Origin: an uncultured Chloroflexia bacterium | GTDB taxonomy: Bacteria; Chloroflexota; Anaerolineae; Anaerolineales; Anaerolineaceae | NCBI GenBank assembly: GCA_963704755.1 | Contig: OY969938.1 | Coordinates: 4,320,001 to 4,352,000, forward strand | Reading direction: 5' to 3' | DNA length: 32,000 nucleotides | Shown here: in pieces, positions 17,070-23,670 of the stretch | How positions within the stretch are numbered: position 1 is the first letter of the stretch | Layout: each line of letters begins with the position of its first letter | The notes under the pieces: generated by a model | What the model saw: only the letters and a program-made list of their open reading frames with translations | Told to the model about the DNA's origin: nothing | Database searches by the model: none | Position numbers and translations under genes: made by a program

Positions 17070-17399
17070 ATGAGCGAGAACAAAATCACATCCGACCTGC
17101 TGCGTGGTAACACCGATACGATGATTTTACGGCTTTTATGCGAAGCGGATCGTTACGGTTACGAGATCGTCAAGCTGGTTGCCGAGCGCTCGGGTGGCGA
17201 GTATGAGTTGAAGGAAGCCACGATGTATTCCAGCGTCCGGCGGCTTGAGGCGGATGGTGATATCGAGTGGTACTGGGGCGATAAATCCCAGGGCGGACGG
17301 CGTAAGTATTTTCGGATTACCGAAAAGGGCAGGTCCACTTACGCCAACAATAAAAGCAATTGGGAGTATGCCAAACGCGTACTCGATACCTTGGTCTAA
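17070..17399 (+). CDS. PadR family transcriptional regulator
   Basis: LLRGNTDTMILRLLCEADRYGYEIVKLV...RRKYFRITEKG is a PadR winged-helix pattern. ATG 17070 has GGAG 8 nt upstream (the listed ORF opens at 17037). Confidence 0.85.
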   Translation: MSENKITSDLLRGNTDTMILRLLCEADRYGYEIVKLVAERSGGEYELKEATMYSSVRRLEADGDIEWYWGDKSQGGRRKYFRITEKGRSTYANNKSNWEYAKRVLDTLV

Positions 17400-17414
17400 G
17401 GAGAATTTGCCGGT

Positions 17415-18281
17415 ATGAACGAGAAATTAAACGATTATCTGAACGGAGTTTTTGCACCTTACGAGGGGGTGAAAAGCGCTGCCGAACTAAAAGCTGACCT
17501 GCTCACCGATTTGCAGGAGCGCTTCCGTGAACTCAAAGCTGAGGGTAAGGACGATGAAACCGCTTTTCGGATGACGATTGACAGCATCGGCGATATCGAA
17601 CAGACGGTCCAGGAGATGGCGAACCTCTCCCACGCACTGGAGCGGCAGTTGTTGATCAACTTTAGCGCGGGCAACTTGCCAAAGAGTGACTTCGCGGGGG
17701 TTACTGCACAACATGGAAAATTCGAAGCGAGTAATTTGCGCGGCTCAGATTTTTCAGGCGCAGACCTGACTGGCAGTTCATTCAAGGCCAGCGACGTGCG
17801 CGAAGTCAATTTTGACGGTGCAAATCTAACCGATTGCAGCTTTTACGCTTTGGATCTGGCGGGTGTGACCTTCCATCGTTCCATTCTTGTGCGTACCAAT
17901 TTCAACACGTCCGATCTAAACGGGGCCAAATTCAGCGATGTAAAGCTGACCGGCGTCAAACTGACCCTGAGCGACCTTAGAAAAACAATTTTCGAAAACT
18001 GTATTTTCGACGGCGTGGACTTCGATAAATCCGATCTGCGAGACCTGTGCCTGGATGGGCAGACCTTTATCGGGGTAAAGTTCGACAATTCAGCCCTGAA
18101 CAAAACTACATTTAATGGTGCTACGCTTAAAAATGTATCTTTCCGTGCAACACATGCTTTGACGAATAAATATTACCGTGCCATCCAGACGGCCTGTTTC
18201 GACGGCGCGATGATGGATAAGCTGACTTATGCGTCGCTCAAGGGCCTGGGTGTCGATTTATCAAAGGTCACAGTCATATAA
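17415..18281 (+). CDS. Pentapeptide-repeat protein with a PadR-associated N-terminal helical domain (HAAS/DUF1700-like)
   Basis: About 30 consecutive A(D/N)(L/F)xx repeats (ASNLR GSDFS GADLT GSSFK ASDVR EVNFD GANLT ...). The N-terminal 70 aa (DYLNGVFAPYEG..ELKADLLTDLQERFRELKAEGKDDETAF..IGDIEQ) has the pattern of PadR-partner sensor domains. No TM segment. Confidence 0.8.
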   Translation: MNEKLNDYLNGVFAPYEGVKSAAELKADLLTDLQERFRELKAEGKDDETAFRMTIDSIGDIEQTVQEMANLSHALERQLLINFSAGNLPKSDFAGVTAQHGKFEASNLRGSDFSGADLTGSSFKASDVREVNFDGANLTDCSFYALDLAGVTFHRSILVRTNFNTSDLNGAKFSDVKLTGVKLTLSDLRKTIFENCIFDGVDFDKSDLRDLCLDGQTFIGVKFDNSALNKTTFNGATLKNVSFRATHALTNKYYRAIQTACFDGAMMDKLTYASLKGLGVDLSKVTVI

Positions 18282-18421
18282 GGAATGAAGAATACGGGTT
18301 CTTCTTATTATTGTGGATATTTTCCCATACAGAACGAGAGGCCCAGAATAGATAAATCACTGTTAATTGGAAGAATGCCAAACGCGTACTCGATACTTTG
18401 GTCTAAGGAGATTTTGCCGGT

Positions 18422-18982
18422 ATGAACGAGAAATTAAACCAATATTTGAACGGTGTTTTTGCGCCTTACGAGGGAGCAAAAAGCGTCGCCGAACTGAAGT
18501 CAGACATCCTCTCTGATTTAGAAGAACGCTTCCGCGAACTCAAAGACGAAGGCAAGGACGATGAAACCGCTTTTCGGATGACGATTGACGGCATCGGTGA
18601 CATCGAACAAACGGTCCAGGAGATGGCCAACCTATCCCGCTCGCTGGAACGGCAGGTGCGGATAAACCTTACCGCGATCAATCTGCAAGGGAGTGATTTT
18701 GCGGGTGTGAGCGCACATAACAGTAAATTCGAAGCGAGTGCTTTGCACGGCGCCAACTTTGCCGGCGCCGACCTGACGGGTAGCTTATTCAAGACCAGCG
18801 ACGTGCGTGAGGCCAATTTTAACGGCGCAAATCTGACCGACTGCAACTTCACCACGCTCGACCTGGCGGGTGCGAGCTTCAACAAAACCATGCTGGTACG
18901 AACCAACTTCAACACGTCGGAGCTGGAGGGGACGAAATTCAGTGAGGTAAACCTGATCGATGTCAAGTTTAACCAAGACTGA
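18422..18982 (+). CDS. Pentapeptide-repeat paralog, N-terminal fragment (frame broken near 18968-18970)
   Basis: Colinear with residues 1 to about 183 of 17415-18281, roughly 70 percent identity by eye. It ends in ...VKFNQD*, whereas the paralog continues VKLTLSDLRK. Confidence 0.7.
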   Translation: MNEKLNQYLNGVFAPYEGAKSVAELKSDILSDLEERFRELKDEGKDDETAFRMTIDGIGDIEQTVQEMANLSRSLERQVRINLTAINLQGSDFAGVSAHNSKFEASALHGANFAGADLTGSLFKTSDVREANFNGANLTDCNFTTLDLAGASFNKTMLVRTNFNTSELEGTKFSEVNLIDVKFNQD

Positions 18983-19292
18983 CCTTAGAAAAACCATCTT
19001 TGAGAATTGTATCTATAACGGCGTTGATTTCGATTATTGCGATTTGCGTGGGATTCGTTTTGACGGGCAGACCTTCGTCGGCGTCAAGTTTTTCAAATCT
19101 GCAATGAATGACGTTTCGTTTCGGGGAGCGACACTCAGGAACGTATCGTTCACCGTACCTTTCTCCTTGACCAACAAGTCTTACCTTGCCATGAAAACCA
19201 TCAGTTTCGACGGGGCCATGATGGATAAGCTAACCTATGCTGCGCTTAAAGGCCTAATGGTCATCGATTTGTCAAAAGTTACCGTTATTTAA
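18960..19292 (+). CDS. Pentapeptide-repeat paralog, C-terminal fragment (+1 frame)
   Basis: LTKTDLRKTIFENCIYNGVDFD...FDGAMMDKLTYAALKGL..DLSKVTVI aligns with the C-terminus of 17415-18281. Removing one T from TTT 18968-18970 restores a single ORF. Confidence 0.7.
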   Translation: MSSLTKTDLRKTIFENCIYNGVDFDYCDLRGIRFDGQTFVGVKFFKSAMNDVSFRGATLRNVSFTVPFSLTNKSYLAMKTISFDGAMMDKLTYAALKGLMVIDLSKVTVI

Positions 19293-19304
19293 GGAATACA
19301 GAAT

Positions 19305-20072
19305 ATGCAAAACACGTCCATTCAAGTAAAAGGATTGCAGAAATCCTACCAGAAACTTCATGTTTTGAAAGGTGTAGATTTCGAGGTGGAAAAGGGTTGT
19401 ATTTTTGCCCTGCTCGGCTCCAACGGTGCGGGCAAGACCACCATCATCAAGATCCTCACCACACTGCTCAAACAGGATGGCGGGACCGCCAGCGTCAACG
19501 GGTTCGACGTTGCCGCCAAACCCGACCAGGTACGCCAGTCGATCAGCCTGACCGGGCAGTTCGCTGCCGTGGACGAGATCCTGACCGGGCGAGAAAACCT
19601 GGTCATGATCGCCAGGCTGCGCCACATCAAAAATCCGCGACCGGTCGCGGATGATTTACTGAGCCGCTTCGGCCTGGTCGATGCCGCCGACCGCAGGGTG
19701 TCCACCTATTCGGGCGGGATGCGCCGCCGGCTCGACATTGCCATGAGCCTGGTGGGGAAACCGCAGGTGATTTTCCTCGACGAGCCGACCACCGGTCTTG
19801 ACCCCGAGGCGCGCCTGGAGGTTTGGAAGACGGTCAAAGAGCTTGCCCACAACGGCACGACGGTATTTCTGACGACACAGTATTTGGATGAAGCTGAACA
19901 GCTCGCCGACCGGATTGCCATTCTGCATGAAGGCAAAATCATCGCCAACGGCACGCTGGCAGAATTGAAAATGTTGTTCCCGCCCGCAAAGGTGGAATAT
20001 ATCGAAAAACAACCGACGCTGGAGGAGATATTCCTCGCCATTATCGGTAAGAAAGAGGAAAAGGTATCATGA
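19305..20072 (+). CDS. ABC transporter ATP-binding protein (DrrA/daunorubicin-resistance type)
   Basis: Walker A GSNGAGKTT, signature YSGGMRRRL, Walker B VIFLDEPTTGLD, and the DrrA-like block LTGQFAAVDEILTGRENL. Confidence 0.9.
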   Translation: MQNTSIQVKGLQKSYQKLHVLKGVDFEVEKGCIFALLGSNGAGKTTIIKILTTLLKQDGGTASVNGFDVAAKPDQVRQSISLTGQFAAVDEILTGRENLVMIARLRHIKNPRPVADDLLSRFGLVDAADRRVSTYSGGMRRRLDIAMSLVGKPQVIFLDEPTTGLDPEARLEVWKTVKELAHNGTTVFLTTQYLDEAEQLADRIAILHEGKIIANGTLAELKMLFPPAKVEYIEKQPTLEEIFLAIIGKKEEKVS

Positions 20073-20827
20073 ATAAACACTTTTTCAGCGATATGGGGGT
20101 CATGCTGGGACGGTCTATGCGCCATATTTTTCGCAGCATGGACACCATCATCACCGTCACCCTCACACCCATTGCGATGATGCTGCTGTTCGTCTATGTG
20201 CTAGGCGGTGCCATCCAAACCGGCACGGCCAACTATGTGAATTATCTGCTGCCAGGCATCCTGCTGATCGCGATCGCCAGCGGCATATCCTATACGGCTT
20301 ACCGCCTGTTTCTGGATGTGCAAGGAGGTATCTTCGAACGGTTCCACTCTATGCCGATTGCGCATTCGGCCGCGCTGTGGGGGCATGTGCTGACCTCCCT
20401 GGTTTCCAATGCGATTTCGGTGGTCGTCATCATTCTCGTAGCGCTCCTTATGGGCTTCCGCTCACCGGCGGGGGCGTTGTCCTGGCTGGCCGTGGCCGGA
20501 ATCCTGGCGCTGTTCACGCTGGCCTTGACCTGGGTCGCAGTGATTGCCGGGTTGTCGGCAACAACGGTGGACGGCGCCGGCGCCTTTTCCTACCCGCTGG
20601 TCTTCCTGCCCTTTATCAGCTCGGCCTTTGTCCCGACCGCGACCATGCCGGCGGGCGTGCGCGCCTTTGCCGAAAACCAGCCGGTCACCTCTATCGTCGA
20701 CGCGGTACGTTCTCTGCTCGCCGGGCAGCCTGTCGGGAATGACATCTGGATTGCCCTGGCGTGGTGCCTTGGGATCATGCTTGTGGCTTATTTCTTTGCG
20801 ATGCGGGCGTATAAGAAGCGGGTCTAA
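20069..20827 (+). CDS. ABC-2 type transporter permease
   Basis: ATGA overlap with the ATPase gene. Six hydrophobic helices. Length is 252 aa. Confidence 0.85.
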   Translation: MNKHFFSDMGVMLGRSMRHIFRSMDTIITVTLTPIAMMLLFVYVLGGAIQTGTANYVNYLLPGILLIAIASGISYTAYRLFLDVQGGIFERFHSMPIAHSAALWGHVLTSLVSNAISVVVIILVALLMGFRSPAGALSWLAVAGILALFTLALTWVAVIAGLSATTVDGAGAFSYPLVFLPFISSAFVPTATMPAGVRAFAENQPVTSIVDAVRSLLAGQPVGNDIWIALAWCLGIMLVAYFFAMRAYKKRV

Positions 20828-20842
20828 AAAAATACGCGCATT

Positions 20843-20906
20843 GGAATCAATAAACGGGTTCCCATTCCGATGTAAATTTCGGAATGGGAACCCGTTTATT
20901 GATTCC
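20843..20906. terminator. Perfect 28 bp inverted repeat with an 8 nt loop; probable terminator or palindromic repeat
   Basis: ggaatcaataaacgggttcccattccga tgtaaatt tcggaatgggaacccgtttattgattcc, preceded by an A7 run. Confidence 0.6.
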
Positions 20907-20929
20907 GGGATTCTTTCTATGCTTGCAGC

Positions 20930-20958
20930 TTGACTTTCGTTCTTGTTCGCTGTAGAAT
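20930..20958 (+). promoter_or_regulatory. Near-consensus sigma70 promoter followed by an imperfect palindrome (candidate operator)
   Basis: TTGACT (20930-20935), a 17 nt spacer, then TAGAAT (20953-20958). It is followed by tgtagca-tagag-tgctctaca (20965-20985). Confidence 0.55.
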
Positions 20959-20995
20959 ACTCTGTAGCATAGAGTGCTCTACAAGGAGTTTTGAA

Positions 20996-21565
20996 ATGAA
21001 TGTATCTCCCGATGAAGCCAAAGAGGCCCTGGCGGCCATTCAAAAGGTGACCGAGAGGACCCGTCATTCGGTTGCCAGCAGCGGTGCCTATATCTTCTGG
21101 ATAATTACCGGCGTGATCTGGATGGTCGGATTTGTGGCGACCCAATTCCTGGTTGGCCCCGTTCTGTTAGCCATCTGGCTGGGGACCAGTGTGGTGGGCA
21201 GCGCTGTGTCGGTCCTATTGGGCACCCGCGCCGGCAAGCGTGTACGCCGGCCATCCACCGACGTATATGGCCGGCGGGCCGGCCTCTTCTGGCTGCTGTT
21301 GGTTTTCTACTGCATCGCTGTCATCGCGGTGGCCAAACCAACCGACGGGAAGCAGGTGACCATGTTCATCATCTTGTTTGTCATGATCGGGCAATTGGGC
21401 ATGGGCATGCTGGTCTCGTATGCTTCGGTTTGGTGGGCGATACCGATCACCGCGCTGGCGTTGGCCGGCTACTTCCTGCTGCCCGGTTACTACTATCTCT
21501 GGATGGGCGTCCTGGTCGGCGGGTCGATGACTGCCCTGGGACTGTACATCCGCTCGAGGTGGTAG
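20996..21565 (+). CDS. Hypothetical polytopic membrane protein
   Basis: AAGGAG lies 8 nt upstream of ATG 20996. There are 5 to 6 hydrophobic helices. The gene sits immediately upstream of a winged-helix regulator. Confidence 0.6.
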   Translation: MNVSPDEAKEALAAIQKVTERTRHSVASSGAYIFWIITGVIWMVGFVATQFLVGPVLLAIWLGTSVVGSAVSVLLGTRAGKRVRRPSTDVYGRRAGLFWLLLVFYCIAVIAVAKPTDGKQVTMFIILFVMIGQLGMGMLVSYASVWWAIPITALALAGYFLLPGYYYLWMGVLVGGSMTALGLYIRSRW

Positions 21566-21568
21566 CTC

Positions 21569-21862
21569 ATGGCTGAATTGAATGAGATCATTCACCAGCC
21601 GGTCCGCCTGCGCATCATGGCTGCCCTGGTAGCCCTGGATGCGGGCAATGAGGTGGACTTTTCCTATTTACGCGACCTGCTCGAGGTCACCGATGGCAAC
21701 CTGGGTGCCCACCTGCGCAAGCTGGAAGACGCCGGGTATATCGCAGTCAACAAGACTTTTGTGGAGCGTAAACCGCGCACGTTTGTGGCTGCCACTCCTG
21801 AAGGACGGCAAGTCTTTCAGGAACATGTGGCGGCATTGGAAGAAATATTGAAAAAGAAGTGA
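21569..21862 (+). CDS. Winged-helix transcriptional regulator (HTH_34 / ArsR-MarR-like)
   Basis: IHQPVRLRIMAALVAL...FSYLRDLLEVTDGNLGAHLRKLEDAGYI...KPRTF pattern. Length is 97 aa. Confidence 0.8.
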   Translation: MAELNEIIHQPVRLRIMAALVALDAGNEVDFSYLRDLLEVTDGNLGAHLRKLEDAGYIAVNKTFVERKPRTFVAATPEGRQVFQEHVAALEEILKKK

Positions 21863-21869
21863 GGAAGGG

Positions 21870-22793
21870 ATGGACGCTGTCGTGCAAGTAGATGGCCTGC
21901 GAAAAGTCTACGGCGCTACCGTCGCTGTGGACGGGATATCCTTTGCGGTGAGCAAAGGTGAGATTTTTGGGATGGTTGGCCCGAACGGGGCCGGTAAAAC
22001 CACCTCGATCGAATGTCTGGAAGGTTTGCGTAAACCGGATGCCGGGACGGTGCGCGTGCTGGGATTGGATCCGCAGCGCGACGGTCAAACATTGCGAGAG
22101 AACACCGGCATGCAGCTTCAGCAGTCGAACCTGCCGGACCGTATGCGCGTTTGGGAAGCATTGGACCTGTATGCCTCGTTCTATTCCAAAACCCTGGATT
22201 GGAACGAGCTGCTGGTGCAACTTGGGCTGGAGGAAAAGCGTAATACCCCCTTTGGTAAACTTTCGGGCGGGCAAAAACAACGCCTGTTCATCGCTCTGGC
22301 GCTGCTGCTGGACCCGCAACTGGTCTTTCTGGATGAGCTGACCACCGGCCTGGATCCGCAGGCGCGGCACACCATCTGGGACCTGATCCGGGATGTTCGC
22401 ACTCGCGGAAAGACGGTGGTGCTGTCCACCCACTTCATGGAAGAGGCCGAACGCCTGTGCGACCGGATCGCCATCCTCGACCACGGCCGGATCGTGGCGC
22501 TGGACACCCCGGCGGCTCTGATCCGCAACCTGGAGGGGGAGGAGCGGGTCATCTTCAGCCTGGAAGGCGGCCTGACCCCGGCTCTGGAAACCGGCCTGGC
22601 CGGTATCGGCCGGGTCGAGGCGCAGGGTGAGCAGATAACCGTCCGTGGCAGGGACGGCTGCCAGGCCCAACTGGTGGGTGATGTGGTCAACCTGCTGACC
22701 GGCCAGGGTGTGGCTTTCCGCGAGCTACGGACGGAGCAGCCAAGCCTGGAAGATGTTTTCTTGAGCCTGACCGGGCGCAAGGCCCGTGCGTGA
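21870..22793 (+). CDS. ABC transporter ATP-binding protein
   Basis: Walker A GPNGAGKTT, signature LSGGQKQRL, Walker B LVFLDELTTGLD, H-loop STHFMEEAE. Confidence 0.9.
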   Translation: MDAVVQVDGLRKVYGATVAVDGISFAVSKGEIFGMVGPNGAGKTTSIECLEGLRKPDAGTVRVLGLDPQRDGQTLRENTGMQLQQSNLPDRMRVWEALDLYASFYSKTLDWNELLVQLGLEEKRNTPFGKLSGGQKQRLFIALALLLDPQLVFLDELTTGLDPQARHTIWDLIRDVRTRGKTVVLSTHFMEEAERLCDRIAILDHGRIVALDTPAALIRNLEGEERVIFSLEGGLTPALETGLAGIGRVEAQGEQITVRGRDGCQAQLVGDVVNLLTGQGVAFRELRTEQPSLEDVFLSLTGRKARA

Positions 22794-22801
22794 GGTGTGA
22801 G

Positions 22802-23545
22802 ATGAAAAGTTTGTTGAAAATGACCTGGATGGAAGCCAAGCTGTTCTTGCGGGAACCGGCCGGTGCTTTCTTTACCCTGATCTTCCCGGTGATGATGCTG
22901 TTTCTGTTCGGCACCATTTACGGCAGCACCCCTCCACCCGGATCGGAAAGCCAGAGCGCCATCGGCGCCTTGATCCCGGCCTTCACCGCCATGGTGATCG
23001 GCATGGCCGGGTTGATGTCGGTGACGATCACCATGGCGACCTACCGCGAAAACGGCATCCTGCGCCGCCTACGCACCACGCCGGTCCACCCGCTGGTGGT
23101 GATGGCCGCCCAGGTGCTGGTGGTCTTTAGTATGACCACCCTGGGTACCCTTTTGCTGATTATCGCCGGGGAGCTCTTCTACCACGTGCACATCGCCGGC
23201 AACGGTTTCAGCCTGCTGGCCGGCTTCGTGTTGAGCAGCCTGAGCTTCTTCGGGATCGGCTTCATCCTGGCGGGCACCATGCCGACCGCACGCACCGCCC
23301 AGATCGTAGCCCTGGTGCTGCTGTACCCTATGCTGATCCTCTCCGGGGCGGCCTGGCCGCGTGAGCTCATGCCGGCCAGCATCCAGAATGTTTCCGCCTT
23401 TCTACCGCTGACCTATGTGGTCAACCTGCTGCGTGGGTTGTGGGTCGGCGATACCTGGGGCGTTCACCTGTTAGACGTGGGTGTCCTGGCCGGGCTGCTC
23501 TTGCTGGGCCTGGTTATCTCAGCCAAAACGTTTCGTTGGGAGTAG
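22802..23545 (+). CDS. ABC-2 type transporter permease
   Basis: Six hydrophobic helices. ATG 22802 has GAGGTG upstream (the listed ORF opens at GTG 22790). Confidence 0.8.
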   Translation: MKSLLKMTWMEAKLFLREPAGAFFTLIFPVMMLFLFGTIYGSTPPPGSESQSAIGALIPAFTAMVIGMAGLMSVTITMATYRENGILRRLRTTPVHPLVVMAAQVLVVFSMTTLGTLLLIIAGELFYHVHIAGNGFSLLAGFVLSSLSFFGIGFILAGTMPTARTAQIVALVLLYPMLILSGAAWPRELMPASIQNVSAFLPLTYVVNLLRGLWVGDTWGVHLLDVGVLAGLLLLGLVISAKTFRWE

Positions 23546-23584
23546 GACTGGTTTGGCTGCTCCGGCCCTGGTTATAAATTACCG

Positions 23585-23633
23585 AAAAAAAAGAAGTTCG
23601 TGCGGGCTGCGCCCGCACGAACTTCTTTTTTTT
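23585..23633. terminator. Bidirectional rho-independent terminator
   Basis: aaaaaaaagaagttcgtgcgggc tgc gcccgcacgaacttctttttttt has an A-run and a T-run on either side. It lies between the convergent permease and dinG genes. Confidence 0.8.
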
Positions 23634-23670
23634 CTGGGGTATTTCCCGGAGGACCGGGAAGAAAACCGAT

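Noticed and set aside
18958-18982. Programmed +1 ribosomal frameshift joining the two halves of the second pentapeptide gene.
   Set aside because: There is no known +1 shift-prone context here: no rare or stop-codon pause with a slippery P-site codon of the prfB CUU-UGA type, and no upstream SD-like stimulator. A simple 1 nt insertion in a T-run explains it.
20265-20285. Cyanobacterial HIP1 palindrome (GCGATCGC), seen here and at about 27461, as a taxonomic marker.
   Set aside because: I noticed only two exact copies in 32 kb. That is far below cyanobacterial densities, and the gene content does not suggest cyanobacteria.
21747-22670. Long antisense ORFs opposite real genes. Examples are the 307 aa ORF here, 27683-28729 (348 aa), 24661-25467 (268 aa), 11207-11998 (263 aa), 5949-6725 (258 aa), 690-1328 and 1270-1818.
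   Set aside because: The opposite strand carries unambiguous family motifs in each case (Walker A/B, SxxK, DEAH, 6PGD and RmlB motifs). The antisense translations are Arg/Gly/Pro/Ala-rich and lack RBSs, which is the usual shadow-ORF artefact of GC-rich coding DNA.
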